Shown here: one piece after another, positions 29,829 to 39,446 of the stretch
How the letters are laid out: every line of letters begins with the position of its first letter
Numbering within the stretch: position 1 is the stretch's first letter
NCBI GenBank assembly: GCA_963695225.1
Contig: OY968762.1
Coordinates: forward strand, 2,080,001 to 2,144,000
Reading direction: 5' to 3'
Length of the DNA: 64,000 bases
DNA from: Vulcanimicrobiota bacterium
Lineage (GTDB): Bacteria; Vulcanimicrobiota; Vulcanimicrobiia; Vulcanimicrobiales; Vulcanimicrobiaceae
Program-made: the position numbers and the translations under genes
The notes under the pieces: model-generated
Told to the model about the DNA's origin: nothing
The model's database searches: none
Seen by the model: only the letters and a program-made list of their open reading frames with translations

Positions 29829-30392
29829 ATGCGGCTCTCGCTCAGAACGGCGCTCGGCGCCCTGCCCGCCCTCGCGCTCACGCTGCTCGCGGCGAGCCCC
29901 GCGGTCGCCGAGCTGAAGACGGGAACGCCCGCGCCTTCGTTCGCAACGCAGGCCTCGCTCGGCGGGAAGACGTTCACGTTCGACCTCGCCCGCGCCCTCG
30001 CGTCGGGCCCCGTCGTCCTCTACTTCTACCCGGAAGCGTTCACCACGGGCTGCACCATCGAAGCGCACGACTTCGCCGAGCACATGGGCGACTACAAGAA
30101 GCTCGGCGCCACCGTCATCGGCGTCTCCGGCGACGACATCGAGAAGCTCCGCAAGTTCTCCGTCTCCGAATGCCGCAGCAAATTCCCGGTCGCCGCCGAT
30201 CTCGATTTGAAGATCGCGACGGCCTACGACGCAAAGATCGGCCTTGGCCCCGTCGCCTACGCGAACCGCACGTCCTACGTCATCGCCCGCGACGGCAAGA
30301 TCGCCTACGCCTACACCTCGATGGACCCGGAAGAACACGTAGCAAACACCCTAGCCGCCCTCAGAAAACTAACGCCGAAACGCCAGCCGTAA
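29829..30392 (+). CDS. Peroxiredoxin (BCP/PrxQ-like) with signal peptide
   Basis: VVLYFYPEAFTTGCTIEA, VIGVSGD, RTSYVI. Confidence 0.88.
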   Translation: MRLSLRTALGALPALALTLLAASPAVAELKTGTPAPSFATQASLGGKTFTFDLARALASGPVVLYFYPEAFTTGCTIEAHDFAEHMGDYKKLGATVIGVSGDDIEKLRKFSVSECRSKFPVAADLDLKIATAYDAKIGLGPVAYANRTSYVIARDGKIAYAYTSMDPEEHVANTLAALRKLTPKRQP

Positions 30393-30393
30393 G

Positions 30394-30555
30394 GTAGCGC
30401 CCGGGGGAGGGCGACGTTCTCCCTCGGGGCGTGCAGCTTGCCCGCGAAGCCACGATGGCGGGAGCGGGCAAGTGCACGAGTAGCGATTTCGCATGGATGC
30501 GAAATCGCGGGCGTCCCCGGGGGGGAATGTCGCCCTCCCCCGGGCGCAGCCGGCC
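30394..30555 (+). repeat. GGTAG-flanked multi-hairpin dispersed repeat, short form (copy B)
   Basis: Core matches the reverse complement of copy A; 33-bp outer stem containing three G-T pairs. Confidence 0.9.
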
Positions 30556-30627
30556 GTCAAACGCCGGCCGTCAAACGCCGGCCGCCAAACGCCGGCTGCC
30601 AAACGCCAGTCTGCCAAACGCCGGCTG
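30549..30627. repeat. 14-bp tandem repeat GCCGGCYGYCAAAC, about 5.5 units
   Basis: gccggccgtcaaac twice, gccggccgccaaac, gccggctgccaaac, gccagtctgccaaac, then a partial unit. Confidence 0.85.
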
Positions 30628-30640
30628 CGAGCGTGCGCTT

Positions 30641-33058
30641 CTAGCTTAGCGGGACGAGCTTCGGCTCGGCGGCCGTGAGGTCGATCCGGTGCGCGCCCTT
30701 CGCTTCGGCCGCCTCGGCCAACTCGCGGCTCGTGGTGAAGACGACCGTTTGCGTTTCGGCTGCGGCGGTGCGCAGGATCGGGAAGCCGCGCGCGATGCGT
30801 TCGTCGTCCCAGAACGCGAACGGATCGTCCAGCAGGAGCGGCGTCGGCTCGAGGCCTTCGCCGAACATGCGGGCCATCGCGAGGCGCACGACGAGGAACG
30901 TCTGCTCGCGCGTCCCCGCGGAGAGCCGGTCCAATTCGACGATCGCGCCGGTTTCGGGGGCGCGCACGCGGATGGCGAGCGTCGTCGGATCGACCCGGAT
31001 ATCGCGGTAGCGCCGGTTCGTGACCGTCGCCAGGGTGCGGACCGCGTAATCTTCCAGGCGGCGCGCGAACTTGTGATGCGATTCCTTCGTGCGCTCCTCG
31101 ATCGTCGCGCGCGCGAGCGTGACGGCGGCTTCGAACGCTTCGAGCCGGGCGCAGCTTTCGCCGAGCGCGGCGATGCGTTCGTCGATCTCGGCAAGGCTTC
31201 CGACGTGCATTTCGGCGGCCTGCAGTTGCGCGCCGGCCTCGATCGCATCGTTCTTCGTTTCGGTCATGCGCCGCTGGAGCGCGGAGCGGTCGCCCTCGAT
31301 CGAGCGTAAGGTGACGCCTTCCTCGGCCGCGGCCGGGTTCGTCCCGACGGAGAGCAATTCGGCGAGCTCGTGTTCGAGCGCGTACTCGTCCTCGCCGCCG
31401 AGCGCGTTCGCGCGCTGCACGTGCAGCATCTGCAGGCGCGACTCGATCCCCTCGCGCGTGCTCTTGCGCTCGGCCCGCACGCGCGCGGCGGCGAGCGCGG
31501 CGGCGCGGTCGGGGCTCGCGACCTCCAGCGTCCGGGCCAGCTCGTCGAACGCGGCGGCGGCTTCGTCGCGGCGGCGCACGGCCTCGCTCGCGCTTGCCTG
31601 CGCGTGCTCCGAGGTTTCCTTTCGCAGGCGCAGTTCGTCGTGCCGGTGGCGCCGCGCGCGCAACTCGTCGAGCGAGACCACGCCGAGCGGGGCGAGGATC
31701 GCTCTCACCTGCGCGGCAGCGCGGTGCTCCTCGGTGACGGCGGCATCGGCCTTGCGCTGCAGATTCACCGCTCGCTCGCGGAGTTCGCGGCGCCCGAACG
31801 TCGAGCGCAGCGAGATGCCGACGAGGACGATGCCGATGAACGCCGCGAGCGCGGTCGGGATCCAGAGCTGCAGGAACGCGATCGTGATCGCGGCGACGAT
31901 CGCGATGAGGCCGAGGCCCGCGAGCGCGCCGTCGAGGCCGCTCCCGCGTTCCGCGTCGCGCCGGGCGGTGACGGCGGCGTCGGCGGCGACGGCCGCTTCC
32001 GTGCGCGCCTCGGAGGAGCAACTGCTCGCGCTTTCGAGCTCCGCGAAACGCGTTTCGTCGAGGGCTCCGCCGTCGCGCGCGCGCTCTTCGAGCTCGGAGA
32101 GTTCGGCCGGAGTCACGCGCGTGCGCGCGACCTCGCGCGCGGCCTCTTCGGCGCGCGACGCGCGCTCGGTCCACGTCGCGTAGGCTCCCTCGAGCTCCGC
32201 GACGCGTTCCTTCGGGAAGGCGGCGACGTCTTCGTAAGCCGCATGGCTCGCTTGCAACTCCGCGAGATCGTCGCGAATCGTGCGCAGCTCTTCCAGGCGG
32301 GCGCGCAATACGAAGGCGCGATGCGCACGGCGAAGGCTCTCGTTTCGTTCGAGCGCTTCGCGGAGTTCCGCGATGCGTGCGCGGTCGTGGGCCAGGCGCG
32401 CGCGCAGATCGCCGAGCTCGCCCAAGCGCGCGCGCATCTCGCCGGCGTGCCGTTCGGCCTCTTCGCGTTCTTTCTGCAGTTTACGCAGCGGCGCGTTCTT
32501 GGTCGCTCGCTTCGTCCCGACGTGAGTGGCGACCGCTTTGTCGAGCCGCTCCAGCGCCCCGAGCGCCGCATCTTCCTTCGGGCCGCCGTCGAGCGCGTGC
32601 CGCAGCGCTTCGCCGATCCGTTCCGCGCGCGCGCCGTCGATGGCGACCGCGCCTTGTTCGACGCACGACGCGTTCAGGAACACCTCGAGCGGCATGCCGA
32701 GGTGCGCCTCGGCGGGAGCGAACGCTTTGCCCGCCGAGTATTCGGCGGAGACGTCGTTGCCGTTGCGGTCGAGCAGGCGCGCGTTGCGGCCGTCGTGCTC
32801 GAAGTCGCGTTGCAGCTCGAACTCGCGGCCGTCGCGCAACGCGTAGCGCAGGCGAGTCGCATAGCGCGCACCGCTCCAGGGTTTCCAGACTTCGCGCTTC
32901 CCGCGCCGGTGTCCGTAGAGCGTCGCGACGATCGCCTGCGTCAGCGTCGATTTCCCGGCCTCGTTCGGACCGTAGACGACGTTGAGGCCGGGATCGAAAG
33001 AGATCGTTTGGTCGGCGAGCTTGCCGAAGCCGTCGATGTTGAGTTCTAGCAGCCTCAT
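30641..33058 (-). CDS. YhaN/Rad50-like AAA ATPase with central TM hairpin
   Basis: IDGFGKL, YGPNEAGKST, long coiled coils, LSAGTREQ signature, LLLDDPF. Confidence 0.85.
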   Translation of the reverse strand: MRLLELNIDGFGKLADQTISFDPGLNVVYGPNEAGKSTLTQAIVATLYGHRRGKREVWKPWSGARYATRLRYALRDGREFELQRDFEHDGRNARLLDRNGNDVSAEYSAGKAFAPAEAHLGMPLEVFLNASCVEQGAVAIDGARAERIGEALRHALDGGPKEDAALGALERLDKAVATHVGTKRATKNAPLRKLQKEREEAERHAGEMRARLGELGDLRARLAHDRARIAELREALERNESLRRAHRAFVLRARLEELRTIRDDLAELQASHAAYEDVAAFPKERVAELEGAYATWTERASRAEEAAREVARTRVTPAELSELEERARDGGALDETRFAELESASSCSSEARTEAAVAADAAVTARRDAERGSGLDGALAGLGLIAIVAAITIAFLQLWIPTALAAFIGIVLVGISLRSTFGRRELRERAVNLQRKADAAVTEEHRAAAQVRAILAPLGVVSLDELRARRHRHDELRLRKETSEHAQASASEAVRRRDEAAAAFDELARTLEVASPDRAAALAAARVRAERKSTREGIESRLQMLHVQRANALGGEDEYALEHELAELLSVGTNPAAAEEGVTLRSIEGDRSALQRRMTETKNDAIEAGAQLQAAEMHVGSLAEIDERIAALGESCARLEAFEAAVTLARATIEERTKESHHKFARRLEDYAVRTLATVTNRRYRDIRVDPTTLAIRVRAPETGAIVELDRLSAGTREQTFLVVRLAMARMFGEGLEPTPLLLDDPFAFWDDERIARGFPILRTAAAETQTVVFTTSRELAEAAEAKGAHRIDLTAAEPKLVPLS

Positions 33059-34140
33059 GGCGCGATGTCCGATCCTTCGAAGGCCGCGAGCGCGTAGCGG
33101 AGCGCGCGCTGCGCCGTTTCGCCGCCCGTCGCGAGCAGATCGGCGACGACGCGTCCGCGCACGGTCGGCTCGCGGGCGATCGTCGCGTAGTCGTAGGCGA
33201 TGCTCTCGTCGGCGACTTCGAGCGCGCCGAGATTCGCGCCGAGTTGCTCGGCGATGAGCGGCGCGTCGATGCGCGTGCCGTGGGCGATCTCGCCGGTCAA
33301 GCGCAGCCGGACGTAATCGTTCGGCCCGCAATCCGCGAGCTGCGAACCGGCACGCTCGAACGCCGCCTGCTCCGTCGTGACGCCCGCGAGATCGACGTCG
33401 CGATCGAGGAGGCGCGTGCGCGCGATCGGCACAGCTTCGACCTCGCAGCGCGTTCCCTCGATCGTCACGACGATCGCCCCGTGCTCGCCGCGTTCGCCGA
33501 ACTTGATCGGCTCGGGAGACCCCGGGTAGGCGAGGACGGCGCGCCCGCCGTCGCGCGCGACGTAACCGCCGTGGAAATGTCCGCTCAGGAGCAGCGTGGT
33601 GCCCGCCGCCTCGACCTCCGCTTGCGAGAACGGGGCCGTAAGGCGCTTGTTCGGCGGGCAGCGGTCGCTATCGCTCCCGTGCACGAGCGCGAGTTGCACG
33701 CCGCCGCGTTCGAAATGCGCGCCGGCGAACGGGCGGCCCGGCTCGGCGGGCGTGTGGCCGAAGCCGTAGAGCGTGATCCCTTCCGCGAGCGGAATCGCGC
33801 TCCAGGCGGCTTCGTTGAAAGCTCGCACGTTGGGCGGCAGGTCGTCGCGCGCGGTCAGCGCCGTGCTCGTGTGCGGATCGTGGTTCCCCGGCGCGAGGAA
33901 GACCGGCTTGCCGAACCGCGCGAACTGCTCGAACAGAAAGCGCGCGGTCTGGGGCCCCGCGCGTTCGGCTTCGTAGAGGTCGCCGCCGATCGTCAGCGCG
34001 TCGGCGCCGCGCTCCAGCGCGAGGTCGATGATGCGCGCGAATGCGTCGGCGAGGGCTTTACGCCGGGCGTTCCCGCCCCGCAGCTCCGCGAACGTCGTCT
34101 CGAGATGGACGTCGGCGCAGTGGACGATCGTGAAGGTCAT
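33055..34140 (-). CDS. YhaO/SbcD/Mre11-like metallophosphoesterase
   Basis: ADVHL, GGDLYE, PGNHD, LVHG, SGHFH, YPGSPE. Confidence 0.9.
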   Translation of the reverse strand: MTFTIVHCADVHLETTFAELRGGNARRKALADAFARIIDLALERGADALTIGGDLYEAERAGPQTARFLFEQFARFGKPVFLAPGNHDPHTSTALTARDDLPPNVRAFNEAAWSAIPLAEGITLYGFGHTPAEPGRPFAGAHFERGGVQLALVHGSDSDRCPPNKRLTAPFSQAEVEAAGTTLLLSGHFHGGYVARDGGRAVLAYPGSPEPIKFGERGEHGAIVVTIEGTRCEVEAVPIARTRLLDRDVDLAGVTTEQAAFERAGSQLADCGPNDYVRLRLTGEIAHGTRIDAPLIAEQLGANLGALEVADESIAYDYATIAREPTVRGRVVADLLATGGETAQRALRYALAAFEGSDIAP

Positions 34141-34163
34141 CGCTGGAAGTTCGTACCCATCCC

Positions 34164-35048
34164 TTAGGTCTTCGACTCGAGATAGTGTCCGAACCAACCG
34201 AGCGCTCGCTCGTACGACTCGATCGCAGCCGTGGCCACGTACGAGGAGCGTGTATCGTCGAAGAACGCATGGCCGGCCTCGCTGTAGATCCTGACGTCGT
34301 ACGGCACGCTCAGCTTCGCCGCAAACGCGCGGACGGCGTCGGCCGGGATGCTCGTATCGCGCCCGCCGAAACTCCCCGAAAGCGGGACCTTCACGTCGGC
34401 GGCGTTCTGCTTCGTGACGTCGCCGTACAGGACGGCGGCGGCGGAGAAGAGGTGCGCGTTCACGCTCGTCTGGCGGAGCGCGATACCGCCGCCCATGCAA
34501 AATCCCAGAACTCCCGCGCGCGGCGCGGGCTTGCGGCGGTGCGAGGGGTCGGCGTTGTGGAGCGCCCAGGCAGCCGCCGCAGCGATATCCTTATCGACGG
34601 TGCCGTCGACGAGCTTTCCCGCGAAGGGCCGGAAGATCGAGAAATCCGTCGCGCCGTCCCCGTTCGGAGCGTCGAGGCCGCTGTAGAGCGCGGGCGCGAT
34701 CGCGACGTAGCCCTCCTTCGCGAGACGCCGCACGGTGTCGCGGAGCTGCGCGTCGACGCCCCAAACGGCCTGCACGACGACGATCGCGCCGCCGAGGTTC
34801 GCATCGTCCTTCGGTTGCGCCGCATACGCGTCGAGCGTCCGGCCTTCGTACGAGAGCGTGGGGCGCGCGATCGTCAGCGCGGGATCGTTCTCGGCGACGA
34901 GCGGCGGATGGGGTTTGCCGAGTGCATCGGCGGAGAGAGCGGGAACGGCCGATGCGGCGACGAGCGCCGCACCGGCGCCGAGCCCCACGAACGCGCGGCG
35001 GCTGAGCGCCGGATCCGTCGCGTCGGTGGGATCGGGAGGGTTGTCCAT
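34164..35048 (-). CDS. Dienelactone hydrolase family protein with Tat signal
   Basis: SRRAFVG; GFCMGG nucleophile motif; D and AGHAF catalytic residues. Confidence 0.88.
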   Translation of the reverse strand: MDNPPDPTDATDPALSRRAFVGLGAGAALVAASAVPALSADALGKPHPPLVAENDPALTIARPTLSYEGRTLDAYAAQPKDDANLGGAIVVVQAVWGVDAQLRDTVRRLAKEGYVAIAPALYSGLDAPNGDGATDFSIFRPFAGKLVDGTVDKDIAAAAAWALHNADPSHRRKPAPRAGVLGFCMGGGIALRQTSVNAHLFSAAAVLYGDVTKQNAADVKVPLSGSFGGRDTSIPADAVRAFAAKLSVPYDVRIYSEAGHAFFDDTRSSYVATAAIESYERALGWFGHYLESKT

Positions 35049-35084
35049 GCTTGCGCCTGCTTTCGCCGCCGAAGGCCGGTGAGC

Positions 35085-35534
35085 TTAGAGACCGAGGTCC
35101 TGGCGCAGGTGGCCGCACGCGACGTACGCGCCGCCGTTCGCGGAGTGGACGACGACGGCGTAGTTGCCGGAGAGCGCCTTGTCGAGCGGGATGTTGACGG
35201 TCGTCGTCGACTTGCCGCCGACGACGTCGGAGAGCGGGTAGGCAACGGCTGCCTGGATGTCCTCCGGGCTGTCGCAATCCTTCGCGCGATGGATATGGGC
35301 CGGTTCGCGCCCATGCCCCCCCTCCAGCGTGATGACGAACGTCGTCTTGTCGTTGCGCTTGAAGAGCTGGACCCAGCCGACCTGCCCGGAATTGTTGAGC
35401 TGCTGGATTCCAAGCTTGATGCCGCGGCCGGCGTCGGTCGGCCTGATGACCGCGTCTTGTGCGCCGGCGGGGGCTAGCGCCGGCCCCGAGGCGGCCAATA
35501 TGGCGACGAGCGCGATGGTGCGATCTACTCTCAT
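35085..35534 (-). CDS. Secreted small protein (CHRD/Cu-Zn SOD-like motif)
   Basis: Signal peptide; EPAHIH...C...YPLSDV...YAVVVH...YVACG. Confidence 0.6.
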   Translation of the reverse strand: MRVDRTIALVAILAASGPALAPAGAQDAVIRPTDAGRGIKLGIQQLNNSGQVGWVQLFKRNDKTTFVITLEGGHGREPAHIHRAKDCDSPEDIQAAVAYPLSDVVGGKSTTTVNIPLDKALSGNYAVVVHSANGGAYVACGHLRQDLGL

Positions 35535-35677
35535 GAAGTGCCTTTCAGCGAAGTGCGAGGACGCTCATAAAGGGGACGCGTGCAAGCCGTGCGCCGCGAT
35601 TCCCCAGCGTTGAGGTCTGGTCATCGGATTCCCTCCGGGCGAGGTTCCGAAGCAGCCCGGAAGCCTTTGTGCCGCGG

Positions 35678-38600
35678 TCAGTGGAAATTGCGCGAGCGGA
35701 CGCCGTCCGTCAAGCCTTTGGTATCGAGCGGCCAGAAGCGCTTTGCGAGGAGATCGATGCAGCCGAACTCCTTTTGGAGCGTTCCCTCGATCGCGAGCGC
35801 CGTCGCGCTGCGGATTAGGCGGCGGTTGCGTTCGTAGACGGCCGGGTTCACGATCACGTTCACGAGCCCGGTTTCGTCCTCGAGCGTGAGGAAGACGAAG
35901 CCTTTCGCCGTCCCCGGACGCTGGCGCGTGATCACCATCCCGCCGACGCGGCAGACCAAATGATTCGGCATCGCCTCGAGGCGCGCGGCGGCGAGGATTC
36001 CGCGCCGGTCGAGCGCCGCGCGCAGGTGCGCGATCGGCTGCTCTTCGGGTGAGACGCCGGTTCCCCAGATGTCCAGGTGCGTGCGCTCGATCGGCGAGAG
36101 CGCGGAGAACGCCGGAACGGGCTCCTCGATCTCCATCAGTTTGCCGAGCGTGCCGCGCGCTTCGCGTTCGTCGAGCGCGCGTACCCCCCACATCGCTTCC
36201 CGGCGCGAGGGAAACCACGGTGCGAAGGCGCCCGAAATCGCGAGGTTCTCGAGCGCTTCCTTGGCGAGGCCCGTCCGCCGCGCGAAGGAGACGAGATCGT
36301 CGAAGGGGCCGCCCGCGAGCGCGTCTTCGAGCTTCGCGCGTTGCGCTTCGCCGAGGCCGCGGATCAAGTGGAAGCCCAAGCGCAACGCGCCGTCGCCTTC
36401 GACGAAGCTGTAAAATTCGCTCGCGTTGACGGCGAGCGGCCTCACGGCGACATCGTGGCGCTTCGCGTCGTTGAGCAGCACCTCGGTCGAATAGAATCCC
36501 ATCGGCTGCACGTTGAGGATCGCGGCGCAGAAGAGTGCGGGCTCATGGCACTTGAGATAGGCCGAGGCATAGGAGAGCAGCGCGAAGCTCGCCGCGTGCG
36601 ATTCGGGGAAGCCGTAATCGGCGAACCCTTGCAGCATGTGGAAGAGTTGATCGGCCGCGGCCCGGTCGATCCCGTTCTGCACCATGCCGTCGATCAGCTT
36701 CGGATAGATCTCCGACATCCGCTCGCGCGAGCGCTTGTGCCCCATCGCGCGGCGCAGTTGATCCGCCTGCCCCGGCGAGAAGCCGGCGGCCTCGATCGCC
36801 ATGCGCATCCCCTGTTCTTGAAAGAGCGGGACGCCGAGCGTCCGTTCGAGCACGGGCCGCAGTTTCGGGTGCGGGTACGTCACGGGCTCGAGCCCGTTGC
36901 GCCGGCGCAGGAACGGATGCACCATATCGCCTTGGATGGGGCCCGGGCGGATGATCGCGACTTGCATGACGATATCGTAGAAGCACGTGGGCTTCATGCG
37001 CGGAAGCATCGATTGCTGCGCGCGCGATTCGATCTGAAAGACGCCGACGGTATCGGCGCGCTGCATCATCGCGTAGGTCGGCGCGTCGTCGGGCGGGATC
37101 GCGGCGAGCGAGAGCGGCGCGCGCTCCGGATAGCGCCGGCGATAGAGCGCGAACGCGTCGCGCAAGAGCGAGAGCATCCCGAGGCCCAGCAGGTCGATCT
37201 TGATCAGCCCGAGATCCGCGATATCGTCCTTGTCCCATTGCACGATCGTACGATCCCGCATCGTCGCCCACTCGACGGGCGCGACTTGCACGAGCGGATC
37301 GCGCGTGATCATCATGCCGCCGGAGTGGATCCCCATGTGCCTTGGGAATCCGTCGATGCGGCGGCAAAACTCGAGGAGGCGCGCGCCGGTTTCGCCGGAG
37401 ATCGGCGCCGCGATGTCCGGATCCGGGTCTTGGCCGCGGTCCTTCGGCTCGAAGCCGTAATAGCCGCCGGGTTGTGGCTTCGGCTTCTGCTTTGCGGTTA
37501 TCTTGCTGCCGGCTGCATCGTTGGGCCCGGCCGCCGGGGCGGGGTGAGGGTTCTGCGGGGACGCCCGCGATTTCGCATCGTGCGAAATCCCACCCCACGA
37601 TGCGTTCGCATCGCGGGGACCCCGGGTGGGTTGAAAAGGCGCTACGCCTTCGGCTTCGCGCCCCCCACACGCAAAGCGCGTGGGGCCCCCACTTTCCCGC
37701 TCCCGCCATCCGTGGCTCCGCGGGAAAGCTGCACGCCCCGCCGACCCCTCACCCCGCCCCGGCGGCCTACCTGGGTGTTGCGCATCTTCATTTGCGCTTG
37801 CATCGCTGGGAGGCTGCGGCTCTTCGCTTTCGGTGCGGGAGGTGCGGATGTTGGAGCCGCTGTCGAGGTCGCGGCGGCGCAAGACGGAGGTGGGGAGATT
37901 GCGGGCTGCGTCGGGAGCTCCGACGGCTCCGGCTAGGGATTCCCGGGCGTCGTATTCTTTGGCGACGGCGTCGACTTGGGCGAGCGAAAGGCCGAGGGCT
38001 TTGCCGACGTCGCGGATTGCGGAGCGCGTGCGATAGGTGATCACTTCGGCGGTCATCGCGGCGTGCTCGCGGCCGTAGCGCTCGTACACGTATTGGATCA
38101 CCTTCTCGCGGTCTTGGTGCGCGAAGTCGATGTCGATGTCGGGGACTTCGCGGCGCTCTTCGGAGAGGAAGCGTTCGAAGAGCAAGTCCATGCCGATCGG
38201 GTCGACGGCGGTGATGCCGAGCGCGTAGCAGACGGCGGAGTTCGCGGCGGAGCCGCGGCCTTGCGCGAGGACGCCGAGCTCTTCGGCGGCGCGCGCGATG
38301 TCCCACACCACGAGGAAATAGCCGGCCAGATCGAGGCGCGCGATGATGCCGAGCTCGTATTCGAGTTGGCGCTCGACCTTCGAGGGGAGCGGGTCGCCGT
38401 AGCGTTTGCGCGCGCCGCGTTGCACGAGCGTGCGGAGATAGGATTGCGGGCTCGTCTCGCCGGGCGGAATCGGAAAGAGGGGAAATTGGCCGGCGAGTTT
38501 TTCGAGGCGGAACGTGCAGCGTTCGGCGATCGCGAGCGTGTTCGCGATCGCTTTGGGATAGGGCGCGAAGATGCGCGCCATTTGCGCGGGGGATTTCAGA

Positions 38601-39346
38601 TGGAATTCGTGGTTGGGGAGTAAGAGCGTCCCGGCTTCCTCGAGCGTCGTGCGATGCTTGACGCAGGTGAGGACGTCGCAAAGCGGCGCATCGTCGCGCA
38701 CTGCGTACGCGACGCCGTTCGTCGCCACGTACGGAATGCCGAGCGCCGCGGCGAGTTCGATCGCGGCAACGCACGCGCGCGCATCCTCGGGGCGCAGATG
38801 GTGCTGTACTTCGAGGTAGAAGCGGCCCTCGAAGAGATCGCGCAGTATCGCGGCGCGCTCGCGAGCGGTCGCGGCATCGCCGCGCAGCAGCGCTTCTTCC
38901 GCATACCCGTGGGCGGCGCCGGAGAGCGCGATCAAGCCCGCCGTCCGCCCGGAGAGATCCTCGAGGCGCAGCCGCGCGTCGCGTTTGCGCCCGCGCAACT
39001 GCGCCGCCGAAATCGCATGCGCGAGGTTCGCGTACCCGCGCTCGTCCTCGGCGAGCAAGACGAGACGCGGAAACCGCGCGAGTTCGCGCGCCGTCAGATC
39101 GCGCCGCTTGGGCCGCAATTCGGAGAACTCCATGGTGAGCTCGACGCCGCAGATCGCCCCGAGCGGCGTGGGCTTGGCGGCCTTGGCAAACCGCACGGCC
39201 CCGTACAGCCCGTCGCGATCGGTCAGGGCAAGCGCGGCCAGCCCCAAAGCGACCGCTCGCTCCACGAGTTCCTCAGGGTGAGAGCCCCCCTCCAGGAACG
39301 TGAAATTGGAGCGAGCATGCAACTCGGCATACCGTCCGGCGGCCAT
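35678..39346 (-). CDS. dnaE2: Error-prone DNA polymerase III alpha (DnaE2/ImuC) with an insertion of about 180 aa
   Basis: ELHARSNFTFLEGGSHPEEL, QGRGSAANSAVCY, PDIDIDF, GFPRHMGIHSGG, KIDLLGLGML, RQRPGTAKG, C-terminal SRNFH. Confidence 0.95.
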   Translation of the reverse strand: MAAGRYAELHARSNFTFLEGGSHPEELVERAVALGLAALALTDRDGLYGAVRFAKAAKPTPLGAICGVELTMEFSELRPKRRDLTARELARFPRLVLLAEDERGYANLAHAISAAQLRGRKRDARLRLEDLSGRTAGLIALSGAAHGYAEEALLRGDAATARERAAILRDLFEGRFYLEVQHHLRPEDARACVAAIELAAALGIPYVATNGVAYAVRDDAPLCDVLTCVKHRTTLEEAGTLLLPNHEFHLKSPAQMARIFAPYPKAIANTLAIAERCTFRLEKLAGQFPLFPIPPGETSPQSYLRTLVQRGARKRYGDPLPSKVERQLEYELGIIARLDLAGYFLVVWDIARAAEELGVLAQGRGSAANSAVCYALGITAVDPIGMDLLFERFLSEERREVPDIDIDFAHQDREKVIQYVYERYGREHAAMTAEVITYRTRSAIRDVGKALGLSLAQVDAVAKEYDARESLAGAVGAPDAARNLPTSVLRRRDLDSGSNIRTSRTESEEPQPPSDASANEDAQHPGRPPGRGEGSAGRAAFPRSHGWRERESGGPTRFACGGREAEGVAPFQPTRGPRDANASWGGISHDAKSRASPQNPHPAPAAGPNDAAGSKITAKQKPKPQPGGYYGFEPKDRGQDPDPDIAAPISGETGARLLEFCRRIDGFPRHMGIHSGGMMITRDPLVQVAPVEWATMRDRTIVQWDKDDIADLGLIKIDLLGLGMLSLLRDAFALYRRRYPERAPLSLAAIPPDDAPTYAMMQRADTVGVFQIESRAQQSMLPRMKPTCFYDIVMQVAIIRPGPIQGDMVHPFLRRRNGLEPVTYPHPKLRPVLERTLGVPLFQEQGMRMAIEAAGFSPGQADQLRRAMGHKRSRERMSEIYPKLIDGMVQNGIDRAAADQLFHMLQGFADYGFPESHAASFALLSYASAYLKCHEPALFCAAILNVQPMGFYSTEVLLNDAKRHDVAVRPLAVNASEFYSFVEGDGALRLGFHLIRGLGEAQRAKLEDALAGGPFDDLVSFARRTGLAKEALENLAISGAFAPWFPSRREAMWGVRALDEREARGTLGKLMEIEEPVPAFSALSPIERTHLDIWGTGVSPEEQPIAHLRAALDRRGILAAARLEAMPNHLVCRVGGMVITRQRPGTAKGFVFLTLEDETGLVNVIVNPAVYERNRRLIRSATALAIEGTLQKEFGCIDLLAKRFWPLDTKGLTDGVRSRNFH
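37524..37770 (-). repeat. GGTAG-flanked multi-hairpin repeat, long form (copy D), in frame inside dnaE2
   Basis: Outer inverted repeat 37529-37560 / 37737-37767; the same inner hairpins as copies A-C plus a ~100 bp module identical to copy E. Confidence 0.9.
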
Positions 39347-39354
39347 GGGAGCCC

Positions 39355-39383
39355 ATAGTAATCGAACACACGTTCGATGTCAA
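39355..39383 (-). promoter_or_regulatory. Sigma70-type promoter of dnaE2 with a LexA (SOS) box in the spacer
   Basis: Minus strand TTGACA-TCGAACgtgtGTTCGAt-TACTAT, then 8 nt to the ATG. Confidence 0.88.
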
Positions 39384-39446
39384 TTTGGGCGATGCCGATC
39401 TTGGGCGATGTCGATCTGGCCCCCGGACCTTTCAAAAGACCGTGGG

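Noticed and set aside
30549..30627. CRISPR array
   Set aside because: Units are 14 bp and contiguous with no spacers, and there are no cas genes in the window.
37380..37930. Intein or self-splicing intron in dnaE2
   Set aside because: No Cys/Ser start with a His-Asn end, no homing endonuclease motifs and no recognisable group I/II intron features; part of the insert is explained by the dispersed repeat.
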